The notes: a model not told the origin generated them from the letters alone. A DNA stretch of 64,000 nt from an uncultured Acidobacteriota bacterium (GCA_963710945.1 CAVQCH010000004.1:11774-75773); one strand, 5' to 3'. Counted from the first letter of the stretch, positions 12,420-22,544 are shown. Program-made: numbers and translations.

Positions 12420-12469
12420 GGATCAGCCGGAAATCTTACAGCGGGATCGCGAATCCGCCGGGCAGTGCC

Positions 12470-13505
12470 TCAGGCTCCCCGGCTTCGACGCGACCGGGTC
12501 CCGGCGGTCCTGCCGAGAAGATACGCGGACGTGACGAGGGCGGCGGCGACGAGCCCGATCCCGACCGAGAGCCAGGACCGCGACCGCCGCGGGCCGGCGG
12601 AGAGCAGGAGCGGCGCCCCTTCGGCGCCGCTGTCGATCTGGGAGTAGTGGTCGCGGACGCTCTGGAGATCGCGCGCGAGGTCGCGGGTCGAGGCGTAGCG
12701 TTCCTCGGGAAGCTTCGCCAGGCAGCGTTCGACGATCCACAGCAGCGGCACCGGCGCGCGGGGACAGAGTGGCCGGCAGCGGGTCGGCTTCCTCGCGAAT
12801 GACCGCGACGAGAGTCTCGGCGCGCGTCGGCCCCTGGAACGCCCGCCGTCCCGAAAGCATCTCGTAGACGAGCGCGCCGAACGAGAACTGGTCGGAGCGA
12901 AAGTCCACGCGGTAACCGCTCGCCTGCTCCGGCGACATGTAGCCGGCCGTTCCCACGACGGCGCCGTCGCGGGTTTCGTCGGTGATCGTCAGGCCGTGCC
13001 GGCTCGATCCGCTGCCGGCGGGCGGCCGCTCGACCTTCGCCAGTCCGAAGTCGAGGATCTTGGCGAACCCGTCGCGCGTCACCATCACGTTCTCGGGCTT
13101 CAGGTCGCGGTGAACGACACCTGCCTCGTGCGCCTGCGCGAGCGCGTCGGCGAGTTGCGCCGCCAGGTTCAGCGCCTTCCGCACCGGGAGCGCCCCTCCA
13201 TGCAGCAGGTCGCGCAGCGTGCGTCCCTCGACGAGCTCCATGACGATGAAGGGAGTGCGGGAGTCGCGGCCGACTTCGTGAATCGTGACGATGTTCGGGT
13301 GATTCAGCGCGGAGGCCGAGCGCGCTTCCGTCTCGAAGCGGGACAACCTCTGAGCATCGGGTGAGAGATCCCCCGAAAGCGCCTTGACCGCGACGTCTCG
13401 ACCGAGCCGCGTGTCCCGGGCGCGGTAGACCTCACCCATGCCGCCGGCCCCGAGACGGGACAGGATCTCGTACTGCCCGAGCCGGGTGCCGGCGGAAATC
13501 TGCAT
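12470..13505 (-). CDS. Hanks-type Ser/Thr kinase, kinase domain plus TM only (no sensor domain); frameshift near 12755
   Basis: [51 protein letters not shown]; ends about 15 aa after TM WLSVGIGLVAAALVTSAYLLG. Confidence 0.85.
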
Positions 13506-13638
13506 GGGACTCTCGAGAAAGCGTGAGGCCATGCCGAGGATACGGGCGCGCCTCGCACGGAGTTTCTCGTGCGGTGACGGAGCACTCGATCGGAAGGATG
13601 GAGGCGCGGTCCGGGCGGACGGCCCCGGGATCCGGACC

Positions 13639-14272
13639 TTAGGGCAGCACGGTCTCGGTCGATCCCGTCGCCGGGAAGCGGCGAAACGTCAATGCCGCCG
13701 GACCGACGCGGATCTCGTCGCCGTCGGCCAGCGGCCGGGACGAGACGATCCGGGCGCCGTTCAAACGCGTGCCGTTCTTGCTCCCCAGGTCCTCGAGCAC
13801 CGCGCCCCCGTCGTGGACGACGATGCGTGCGTGGTGCCGCGACACGGTGGCATCGTCGATCGAAACCGCGGCCCCCGCATCCCGGCCCAGGAGGTTCTCG
13901 CCGTCGCCGAGCGCGACCTCGCGATAGGCCCCACACGAGGCGAAATACGGCGTCTTCGTCCGCGACGGCGGCGCTTCCGTCCGAGAAAGCGTAGCCATAT
14001 CCGTGCACGGTCCGCAGGAAGCGCGGCTCGCGCGCGTCTTCGCCGATCTCGCGGCGGATCTCCGCGACGAGGCCCGCGAGGTTCGCCTCGGTCACGAAGC
14101 TGTCGGGCCAGAGCGCCGCGAGAAGCTCGTCCTTGGAGAGGGCGCGCGGCCGGCGCGCGACGAGAAGGGCGAGGAGCTCGAACGCGCGCGGCGACAGGTG
14201 GACGCCGGCGGCGCCGCGCCGGACCTCGCGGCGCGGCGCGTCAAAAATGCACTCTCCGAATCGGATGAGCAT
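13639..14272 (-). CDS. OmpR/CadC-type winged-helix + FHA domain regulator (copy 1); frameshift near 13930
   Basis: wHTH: LSPRAFELL...LWPDSFVTEANL...RTVHGYGYAF; FHA: [21 protein letters not shown]. Confidence 0.88.
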
Positions 14273-14280
14273 TCCTGGCC

Positions 14281-14324
14281 CTCACGAAAATGCCAAGAAA
14301 TTCAAATCGAACTCTCAAGACCCC
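14281..14324. promoter_or_regulatory. Candidate wHTH operator: 11-bp-period direct repeats
   Basis: CTCACGAAAAT/GCCAAGAAATT/CAAATCGAACT/CTCAAGACCCC, an AT-rich patch between divergent genes. Confidence 0.4.
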
Positions 14325-14412
14325 CCTGCGCTCCCGGCGCGATCGTCACGGATAGCGGCGGAAGCGCCCCGCGAATTCCCGGCGATGCGCTTTCCGACGC
14401 GGGAGGGGCACC

Positions 14413-14970
14413 GTGGACGCGCCGCCCGGGAGAACCGCCGCAAGGCTTCGGTGGCTCCTCGCGCTGGCCGGCCTGGCGCTGCCCGCCCTCGCCGCCGCGG
14501 AATCCTCGGCTCCCCTGCCGCCCGCGGCCATCGGAGCGCTGTCGATCCCGTTCTTCATGGACCGCCAGCTCGGCGACGGCCTGCGCGAAACGCTGGTGGA
14601 GGCTGCCCGGCGGCTCTCGGACAGCCGCTGCCAGGACGTCCTCGCCGACTTCTCGGACGAGGCCGGCCGCCCGCTGACGGCAAACCTCCACGACCTCGGC
14701 CAGAGCATGCCCGGGTACCTCGGCCTCGTGCTCTTCTACGACGGCAGCACCACCGGGCCCTGCGCCGACGACCGCGTGCTCGCGTGGACTTCTCCCGGCG
14801 GCCGCGCGGTGCGCGTCTGCCCGCGCCAGTTCGCCTACTGGCAGCGCGTCAACCCCGGCTACGCGGCCGCCATCGTGATTCACGAGACGCTCCACACCCT
14901 CGGCCTCGGCGAGAGCCCGCCGGCGCCGGCCGCGATCACCGCGAAGGTGATCGAGCGCTGCGGGCGGTAG
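14413..14970 (+). CDS. Secreted hypothetical protein with HExxH zincin-like motif
   Basis: Signal peptide LRWLLALAGLALPALAAAE; VIHETLHTLGL; four Cys. Confidence 0.7.
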   Translation: MDAPPGRTAARLRWLLALAGLALPALAAAESSAPLPPAAIGALSIPFFMDRQLGDGLRETLVEAARRLSDSRCQDVLADFSDEAGRPLTANLHDLGQSMPGYLGLVLFYDGSTTGPCADDRVLAWTSPGGRAVRVCPRQFAYWQRVNPGYAAAIVIHETLHTLGLGESPPAPAAITAKVIERCGR

Positions 14971-15805
14971 AAGCGACGAACGGCGCTACGGCTCGGGCGA
15001 ACGCCTCCGGCTGCTCGCGCTGGGGCAGGTGGCCGGCGTCCGGAAGGACAACGAGCCGCGAACCCGCGATGCGCCCCTGAAGCCGCGCGGCTTCGGCCAC
15101 GGGGAGAAGGTGATCCTCGCGGCCCCAGAGGATCAGGGTCGGCACTCGGACGCGACCCTCGAGGCCCTTGTAGCGCCGTGGATCGGACCGAAGTGCGGCC
15201 AGAGCGGCGCGGCGCGTCCCGGGAATCGTCAGCGGAAACCAGCCGTCATCGATCGCGTGCTCGGTGACGCGCTCGGGACGCGCGAAGAGCCGATGCCGAA
15301 GGCCGTACGCCACGATCGGCCGGTTCGCGAGCGCCAGCGCGAGCTCGCCGATTCCCCGCGCGCGGATGAGGGGAAGGGGCCACGGAATCGGCGTCTCGGG
15401 CGTCGCGGGCGCGGCGAGCACCAAAGCCTCGACGCGCGCCGGGTGGTCTGCCGCGACGATCATCGCCGCGGCCCCGCCGAGCGAGTTGCCCACGAGCACC
15501 GCGCGCTCGATGCCGCGCGCGTCGAGAAAGTCCACGAGGCCGCGCGCCTGTGCGCCCACGGTGTAGTCGCCCGGCCACGGCCGATCCGAGAGGCCAAACC
15601 CCGGAAGGTCCACCGCGATCGCGGGCCGCCCGGCGGATGCCGGTCCGAGGACTTCCTGCCAGGTCGCCGACGAGGCGAGCAGGCCGTGGACGTAGACGAC
15701 GGGATCGTCTTTCCCCTCGACCTCGCGCGAGCGCCAGCGGACGCCGCGGACGAGCGTGTCCCGCTGCCCGGGCCCGGGAGGGGGGATCGTGCCGCGGCGC
15801 GTCAT
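14936..15805 (-). CDS. Alpha/beta fold hydrolase
   Basis: VYVHGL, DLPGFGLS, GNSLGG nucleophile elbow, WGRED, AGHLP. Confidence 0.92.
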   Translation of the reverse strand: MTRRGTIPPPGPGQRDTLVRGVRWRSREVEGKDDPVVYVHGLLASSATWQEVLGPASAGRPAIAVDLPGFGLSDRPWPGDYTVGAQARGLVDFLDARGIERAVLVGNSLGGAAAMIVAADHPARVEALVLAAPATPETPIPWPLPLIRARGIGELALALANRPIVAYGLRHRLFARPERVTEHAIDDGWFPLTIPGTRRAALAALRSDPRRYKGLEGRVRVPTLILWGREDHLLPVAEAARLQGRIAGSRLVVLPDAGHLPQREQPEAFARAVAPFVASTARSARSPSR

Positions 15806-15829
15806 CGCGCCGGATTATGGGCGAAGTCA

Positions 15830-15900
15830 CTTCGGTGGCGGCCTCACGGATGTCTCCTTGACAATGAAAGTGACCGACACCCGGACCGGGGTCTCGAAGC
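15830..15900 (+). pseudogene. Remnant of the recurrent 'GYFWFF-NVEVVVK' domain (C-terminal part only)
   Basis: Translates FGGGLTDVSLTMKVTDTRTGVSK, matching FAGGLTDLGVTMKVKNTHSGIYK in the 16401 ORF; no plausible start of its own. Confidence 0.6.
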
Positions 15901-15953
15901 TTGACAGGCCGCGAGTGCGGCGAGAAACTGTCGGTCGAGCTCCCGGAGGCGAA

Positions 15954-16398
15954 ATGAGATCCGTGCGGGCGCCCTGCGCGGTCCTGGCGGCGACGCTGCT
16001 CGTGGCGACCAGCGCGGTGGGCCAGGTGCCGCCGGCGACGGGAAACTTCTACGGCGTCGCCGTCGACAGTGAGGATCGATCGGTGGGCGGTGTTCGGGTG
16101 ACGCTCAGTGGGCCAGGCGCCGCGCAAACCGTGTATACGGACGCACAGGGCGACTTCCACTTCATTGAACGTCTCGCCGGGGAGCTACTCGCTCGCGCTG
16201 GAGCGGACCGGGTTCGAAACGTCCCATCGCGACGTCATCGTGGCAGTCGGGAGGAACACGGTTCTCCGGGTCTCGATGGCGGTCGCCGGAGCAATGGACT
16301 GGCGAATCCCCACAAAGCGCGCAAGTCGCTCTGAAGACTTCGCCCCCTCCGAGCGCACATGTTTGGGAAGAAGCGGGGACGCACCCCGATGGAGGTAG
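15954..16398 (+). CDS. Carboxypeptidase-regulatory-like (Ig-like) domain protein, likely a truncated TonB-dependent-receptor N-terminus; frameshift near 16170
   Basis: GGAGG SD, signal peptide, GNFYGVAVD...GVRVTLSG...TDAQGDFHF / VSPGSYSLALERTGF; coding character lost after about 16290. Confidence 0.65.
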
Positions 16399-16400
16399 CA

Positions 16401-16883
16401 ATGAAGAGCCGCCACTTCTCGATTCGACAGATCCTCCTGGCAATCGCCCTCGCGATCCCTGCGCACCCGGCTAGGGCCCAGAACGCTCCGGAATGCCACC
16501 CGGACGCACTCTGCCTCGCGGACGGCCGACTTGAGATCACCGTCGAATGGCAGTCCTCGACCGGCGCTGGCTCGGGACACCCCGTCGCTCTGACGGAGAG
16601 CGCCGGCTACTTCTGGTTCTTCGACCAGGCGAACGTCGAGGTGCTCGTCAAGGTCGTCGACGCCTGCGCAGACTACGGGCAAGAGTGGGTGTTCGCGGGC
16701 GGCCTGACCGACCTCGGCGTGACCATGAAGGTCAAAAATACGCACTCCGGAATCTACAAGACTTACATCAATCCGAAGGGCACGCCCTTCCTGCCGATCC
16801 AGGACACAGCCACGAGCTTGATCGTTGGCTGCCCGCCGCCGCAGCCGTCCGGAACCGGCCCGACCGATGGAGGAAGCGAATGA
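16401..16883 (+). CDS. Secreted protein made of one recurrent 'GYFWFF-NVEVVVK' domain
   Basis: GGAGG SD, signal peptide (ARA-Q), CHPDALCLADGRL...AGYFWFFDQANVEVLVKVVDAC...WVFAGGLTD. Confidence 0.8.
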   Translation: MKSRHFSIRQILLAIALAIPAHPARAQNAPECHPDALCLADGRLEITVEWQSSTGAGSGHPVALTESAGYFWFFDQANVEVLVKVVDACADYGQEWVFAGGLTDLGVTMKVKNTHSGIYKTYINPKGTPFLPIQDTATSLIVGCPPPQPSGTGPTDGGSE

Positions 16884-18187
16884 ACAATTACGTCAGGCTG
16901 ACGATCGCCCTTGCGAGCCTCCGTCTGACGGGGCCGCTTGCGGCCCAGACGATCACGGAGTTTCCTGTCCCCGCACCTTACGGTACCGGCGCCTGGGATA
17001 TCGCAGCCGGCCCGGACGACAACCTGTGGTTTACCTCTCAGAACGCCGGCAAGATCGGCCGAATCACCACGACCGGCGTCGTCACCGAGTTTCCTATTCC
17101 CGCAGGTGATCACAACTCCTACCGGATAGCCGCCGGCCGGGATGGGAACTTATGGTTCACCGAATCGTTTGCCAACAACATCGGCCGGATCACGACGGAA
17201 GGCGCCGTGACGGAGTTTCCGATTCCGTCGGCCGGCAGCGGCCCGCAAGACATAACAGCCGGCCCGGACGGCAACATGTGGTTCACGGAACTATCGGCCG
17301 ACAAGATCGGCCGGATCACGACCACCGGCGTCATCACCGAGTTTCCGACCCCGACGGCCCACAGCCACCCGCAAGACATTACGGCCGGCCCGGACGGCAA
17401 CCTGTGGTTCACCGAGTGGAATGCCGAGAAGATAGGCCGAATCACGACCACGGGTGCCATCGCGGAATTTCCCACTCCGCCGGGCACAATTGGCTCCTAC
17501 GGTATAGCGGCCGGGCCGGACGGCAACCTCTGGTTCACCGCACTGAATATTGGCAAGGTGGGCCGAATCACCACGGCCGGCGTCGTCACCATTTTTCCGA
17601 ATCCGACCGCCCTCAGCACCATCAGTGCTGCCGGATTCATGGCGGCCGGCCCGGACGGCAATCTCTGGTTCACGGAAGACGGCTACATCGGCCGGATCAC
17701 GACCGACGGCGTCGTCACGGAATTCCCGATGCCGACGGCCGGCCGCAACCCGGTCGGTATAGCGGCCGGCCCGGACGGCAACCTCTGGTTTGCCGAAGGT
17801 GATGCTGTCGGCCGAATTACGACGGACGGCCCCTGCGCGTCGGACTCGACGACGCTGTGCCTGAGTGGCAGCCGATTCGGCGTCACGGCGGACTGGCAGG
17901 TCCCGTCAAAGGGGACGAGCGGCCATGGGACGGCAGTCCGGCTGACAGGTGACGCGGGCTACTTCTCCTTCTTCGACACCTCGAACGTCGAGGCTGTGGT
18001 CAAGATCCTGAACGGCTGTAAGGAGGCCGACGGGAGCTACTGGGTGTTCGCCGCGGGCCTGACCAACGTCGCCGTGACGCTGACCGTCACCGACGAGCAG
18101 GCTCACCAGTCGAGGATCTACACGAACCCTGACGGAACTGCCTTCCAGCCGATTCAGGACACGTCGGCGTTTGCAACCTGTCCGTGA
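16880..18187 (+). CDS. Secreted Vgb (virginiamycin B lyase)-like 7-bladed beta-propeller with C-terminal recurrent domain
   Basis: ATGA overlap; signal peptide; seven ~42-aa repeats xAGPDGNLWFT...IGRITT; C-terminal CLSGSRF...GYFSFF...NVEAVVK...SAFATCP. Confidence 0.85.
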   Translation: MNNYVRLTIALASLRLTGPLAAQTITEFPVPAPYGTGAWDIAAGPDDNLWFTSQNAGKIGRITTTGVVTEFPIPAGDHNSYRIAAGRDGNLWFTESFANNIGRITTEGAVTEFPIPSAGSGPQDITAGPDGNMWFTELSADKIGRITTTGVITEFPTPTAHSHPQDITAGPDGNLWFTEWNAEKIGRITTTGAIAEFPTPPGTIGSYGIAAGPDGNLWFTALNIGKVGRITTAGVVTIFPNPTALSTISAAGFMAAGPDGNLWFTEDGYIGRITTDGVVTEFPMPTAGRNPVGIAAGPDGNLWFAEGDAVGRITTDGPCASDSTTLCLSGSRFGVTADWQVPSKGTSGHGTAVRLTGDAGYFSFFDTSNVEAVVKILNGCKEADGSYWVFAAGLTNVAVTLTVTDEQAHQSRIYTNPDGTAFQPIQDTSAFATCP

Positions 18188-18271
18188 CGACCTGGCGAAA
18201 CACCAGGCTCCATGCCACGAAGCCCAACCGGAGCGTCCGGACCCGGCTCGGAAACGTGAAACGTCTCGCTC

Positions 18272-18813
18272 GATGTCGCGCAGTGGGACGCCTTCCACGA
18301 CTCTGTCGAGAAGATCTTTCGCCACGGCATCACCGCCGGCATCGGCGGCGGCAACTACGGCCGCGACGACGCGGTCACCCGGGACCAGATGGCGATCTTC
18401 CTGCTGAAAGCGGAGCATGGCTCGAGCTACACGCCGCCGGCCTGCGTTCCCCCGGGCTTCTTCGGCGATGTCCCCTGCCCGGGCGGCTTCGTCGTGGACT
18501 GGATCGAGCAGCTCTCGATCGAGGGCATCACGGCAGGCTGCGGCGCAGGCAACTATTGCCCCAACCAACCCGTGACTCGCGCCCAGATGGCGGTCTTCCT
18601 GCTCAGGGTGGAGCATGGCTCGGGCTATACGCCACCGGCGTGCCACGGGATCTTTCGGGACGTGCCGTGTCCGGGCGTTTCGCCGTTGACTGGATCGAGC
18701 AGGTCGCCAGCGAGGGCATCACGGCCGGATGCGGCGGGAGCAACTACTGCCCCGACAATCCCAACACACGCGCCCCGATGGCCGTCTTCCTCGTTGTGAC
18801 TCTTGGTCTGTAG
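18272..18813 (+). pseudogene. Orphan triple S-layer homology (SLH)-like module, no start or signal peptide; frameshift near 18675
   Basis: Three repeats of DV...(W/V)IE...GITAG(C)G.GNY(C)P...VTR.QMA(I/V)FL; in-frame TGA at 18257-18259 just upstream. Confidence 0.7.
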
Positions 18814-18992
18814 CGCGGGCGTCGCGACCACGGTCCGGAGCCGCAAGGCCAGCCGCGATCCAGGACACGTCGGGGTTTGCGACATGCCCCGGGCAATTCG
18901 AACCGAATGACTTTGATCAACGGCGGGAACAGTTACAACCGCGGGAGCACGCCATCGGTAGGGCCGCGCCGCCGAGTCGGTAAGATGGTCCC

Positions 18993-19724
18993 GTGCCGAC
19001 CTGGAAAGTCACGCTCGAGTACGACGGGACGCGCTATCGCGGCTGGCAGTCGCAGAAGAACACCGATCGGACGGTGCAGGGCATGCTCGTGCGGGCCGCG
19101 CACGAGCTGCTCGGCGCGGACGCGACGACCGGCGGCGCGGGGCGGACGGACGCGGGCGTGCACGCCCTCGCGCAGGTCGCGCACCTGAAGGCGCAGAAGG
19201 CGATGCCCGAAGGCGAGATCGCGTGGGGCCTGAACGAGCGCCTTCCCGCCGACATCCACGTCCTCTCGGTCGAGAAGGCTCCCCCGCGCTTCCACGCGCG
19301 GCACGACGCGAAGAGCCGGACGTACCTCTACCGGATCTCCCGCCGCCGCACGGCGTTCGAGAAGCCCTTCGTCTGGTGGGTGAAGGACCGCCTCGACCTC
19401 GCCGCGATGCGCCGCGCCGCGAAGCTCTTCGAAGGCCGCCACGACTTCGCCTCCTTCTGCGAGAACCCCGAGGGGCAGGAATCGACTCTCGTCGTGGTCG
19501 AGAAGAGCGAGGTCGCGGACGCGGGCGACGAGATCCACTTCCGGATCACGGCCTCGCACTTCCTCTGGAAGATGGTCCGGCGGCTCGCGGGCACGCTCGT
19601 CGAGGTCGGACGCGGCAAGCTCGACGCGGCCGGCGTCGAAAAGCTGCTGCGCGAGAAATCGATCGCGCCCGCGAAGTGGACGGCGCCGCCCTCGGGGCTG
19701 TTCCTGGAGACCGTCCGCTACTGA
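18993..19724 (+). CDS. truA: tRNA pseudouridine(38-40) synthase
   Basis: LEYDGTRYRGWQ, GAGRTDAGVHA, FHARHDA, FLWKMVR, TAPPSGLFL. Confidence 0.96.
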   Translation: MPTWKVTLEYDGTRYRGWQSQKNTDRTVQGMLVRAAHELLGADATTGGAGRTDAGVHALAQVAHLKAQKAMPEGEIAWGLNERLPADIHVLSVEKAPPRFHARHDAKSRTYLYRISRRRTAFEKPFVWWVKDRLDLAAMRRAAKLFEGRHDFASFCENPEGQESTLVVVEKSEVADAGDEIHFRITASHFLWKMVRRLAGTLVEVGRGKLDAAGVEKLLREKSIAPAKWTAPPSGLFLETVRY

Positions 19725-19728
19725 GGGC

Positions 19729-20833
19729 TCAGTTTCCGGACGAAGCCGCCGCCGGATGGACGGCGAGCTCGAGCGCGGAGAGCGCGTTCGGCTCGCGCTG
19801 CAGCACCGCCGTACCGTAGCCGGGCCGCGTCAGGAACACGAAGTCGAGCTCGTTGAAACGGACGCTCGCCGGAAAGCGGTCGCGGTCGTAGTGCCAGGTT
19901 TCTCGCGTCCCCTGGATCCTCTCGGCCGTCATCGCATCGCGGGACGTGGACTGCGGGGCGACGCGGCCGTTGACCTCCGTGACGAGATCGCGGCCGGGCG
20001 CCGACCGGCTGGTCTGGATCGGGTCGTCCTCGCTCTTGATCGGCCGCTGCCCGGCCGAGTTCGGCGGGCCCATCAGGACGAAGACCATCCCCCGGTCGGT
20101 CTCGCTTCCCCTCCTCTCGCCGTCGGCGAACGCCTTGTCGGCGAATTGCAGGCGCCGTTCGACCTCGGCGCGATATTCGTTCTCGGAGGTTTCCGGCGTC
20201 GGATCGCGCTTCTGCCAGAAGAGCACGACGAATTCCGACCGGGCGACGGGGTCGGAAATCCGCTTCCACTCCTGCTTCTCGGCGTCCGTCATCAGAAAGC
20301 GCACGGCGCCGTCGGCCCACCTCTCGTCGACGGCGACCGGGGCTTCCGGCGCCGTCGCCCGGAAGCGCGCGTATGCCTGGCCGAGCCCCGATTCCTCGGT
20401 TCCTTTGGAACGGGGAGCAGGCTCCCCGGCAGCGCGCGGCTCTTCGCGCGCGGCGTTGAAGGCCTCCACGACCGATTTCGGGTACATCGAGGGGTCGAGG
20501 CGCGCCGGGTTCGCGGACGCGAGATAGATCTGAAACTCTTTCTTTGCCTCGGCGGTTCGCCCGAGGGCGGCGAGATCGGCGCCGCGATAGAAGGCGATCG
20601 CGGGCACGAGCTTCTCGCTGAACCGCCGGGAGCCCGGAGGCGTCGCTCGCCTTCTCGAGGCGCGCGAGCGTCGCGAGGGATTCCTCGTAGGCGCCGCCGC
20701 GAAACTGAGCCTTCGCCTTGACGAAGAGCTCGGTGAGGTCGGAGGGCGGCGCGTCCTGCGCGACGGCCGGCGCGGCCAGGCACGCCAGCAGCGCCAGAAG
20801 AGGAAAGCGCGAAGCGAGACGAGAGCGAACCAC
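19729..20833 (-). CDS. GWxTD domain-containing secreted protein with N-terminal TPR-like helices; frameshift near 20630
   Basis: Signal peptide; FWQKRDPTPETSENE...RRLQFAD...GSETDRGMVFVLMGPP...ETWHY. Confidence 0.85.
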
Positions 20834-20884
20834 GGCTCGGCTCCTGCCGGAATGCTACCGCGGCTCCCGTCTACAATCCACGCC

Positions 20885-21669
20885 ATGCCGTCCGCGCCGG
20901 ACACCTGGGATCCCGAACGGTACGCGCACTTTTCGGACGAGCGCGCCCGCCCCTTCTTCGATCTCCTCGCGCTCGTCACTCCGATTCCAGGCGGCCGGGC
21001 CGTGGATCTGGGGTGCGGAACGGGTGAGCTGGCGGCCGAGCTCCACCGGCGGACCGGCGCCGCGGAGACCCTCGGCATCGACTCGTCGGAGGCGATGCTC
21101 GCGAAGGCCGCGGCGCACGCGGGCGGCGGCCTGCGGTTCGAACGCGGCGACATCGCCGCCTTCTCGCCGTCCGGGCCGCTCGATCTCGTGTTCTCGAACG
21201 CCGCCCTCCACTGGGTGCCGGACCATCCGGCCCTCCTCGCGCGGCTGACCCGGGCCGTCAAGCCGGGAGGCCAGCTCGCCTTCCAGGTGCCCGACAACTT
21301 CGGCCATCCGTCGCACGTCGCCGCGGAGGAGACCGCGGCGGAGAGCCCTTCGCGCGCGCTCTCGGCGGCCGCGCGCATCCGCGAAACGTGCTCGCGCCCG
21401 AGGCCTACGCCGCGATCCTCGACCGTCTCGGCTACGCGGAGCAGACGGTCCGGCTCCAGGTCTACGGCCACCACCTCGACTCCCGCGAAGGCGTCGTGAC
21501 GTGGGTGGAAGGATCGCTGCTATCGGAGTATCGCCGCGGGCTCCCCGCCGACCTCTACCCGCGCTTCCTCCAGCGCTACCGCGAACGGCTTTTCGGGATG
21601 CTTCCGGACGAGCGCCCGTTCTTTTTCACCTTCCGCCGCATCCTCGCCCGCGCGAAGCAGCCGACCTGA
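20885..21669 (+). CDS. tam: Trans-aconitate 2-methyltransferase-like SAM methyltransferase; frameshift near 21360
   Basis: WDPERYAHFSDERARPFFDLL, VDLGCGTG, FSNAALHWVPDH, FTFRRI. Confidence 0.85.
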
Positions 21670-21750
21670 GCGTACCGGCCGACCGCGTCGCGGGCGCGGT
21701 AGGCCTCCCCCGCCCGCCCGCGCCCGATTCGACGCCAACGAGGGAACGGC

Positions 21751-22413
21751 CTAGGCCCGGCTTTTGACGCCGGTCTCGGTCGAGTCGGAGACGGGAAAGA
21801 TCCGTATTCTCAACATGACGGAGCCGATTCGGATCTCGTCCTCGTCGGAGAGAGGCGCCGGCAGCTCGATCTTCTTCTCTCCCAGAAACGTCCCGTTCTT
21901 GCTGCCCAGATCCTCCAGAGTGGCCCCCCCGGCCGAGATCACGATGCGTGCATGCCGGCGCGAGACGCTCGAGTGGTCGAGGTGGACGCTGGCCCCGGGA
22001 TCGCGCCCGATGATCGACTCGCCCGGCTCGAGAGGAATCCGGCGCCGGCCCTTGAGGAGCCAGTAGACGCACTTTGGCCTGGACGCGTCCGACGGGCGTT
22101 CGCGCACCTCTTCGGCCTCCCCAGAAAAGGCGTAGCCAAAGCGGTGCAGGGTCCTCACGAACCGGGGCTCGCGCGCGTCGTCGCCGATCGCGTGTCGTAT
22201 CTCGGCGAGCAGGTTCGTCAGCGTCCCGTCGGACACGAATGTTCCGGGCCAGAGCTTCGCGTGGATCTCCTCCTTCGAAACGGCCTTCGGTCGGTTCTGC
22301 AGCAGGAGCTCCAGGACCTGGAACGCCTTGGGCTGGAGGTGTACTTCCCTGCCACCGGTGTACAGTTGTCGTGTACCGGAATCGAGCACGCAGCCCCCGA
22401 ACGCTACTCGCAC
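21751..22413 (-). CDS. Winged-helix + FHA domain regulator (copy 2), intact
   Basis: GTG start with GGGAG SD; LQPKAFQVL...LWPGTFVSDGTL...RTLHRFGYAF; [21 protein letters not shown]. Confidence 0.9.
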   Translation of the reverse strand: MRVAFGGCVLDSGTRQLYTGGREVHLQPKAFQVLELLLQNRPKAVSKEEIHAKLWPGTFVSDGTLTNLLAEIRHAIGDDAREPRFVRTLHRFGYAFSGEAEEVRERPSDASRPKCVYWLLKGRRRIPLEPGESIIGRDPGASVHLDHSSVSRRHARIVISAGGATLEDLGSKNGTFLGEKKIELPAPLSDEDEIRIGSVMLRIRIFPVSDSTETGVKSRA

Positions 22414-22544
22414 GTTCGCTCCCAGCAAGAAGCCGGAACTTCCTTGGACTTTTCCGACGACTTGGAGTCCTCCATCGCGAGATGGTGATTATTGCGCAGG
22501 TCATTGCAGCGTGGACGGCCAAGCCCCCCGAAAGGAGGCGTGTC

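Noticed and set aside
17000-17830. About 126-bp-period DNA repeats (GCCGGCCCGGACGGCAAC...TGGTT) resembling a CRISPR array
   Set aside because: They are in-frame propeller blades with synonymous variation and homologous spacers, and there are no cas genes.
16880-18187. Vgb as a streptogramin resistance gene
   Set aside because: It has a signal peptide, highly regular blades and an extra surface domain; the fold alone does not indicate lyase activity.
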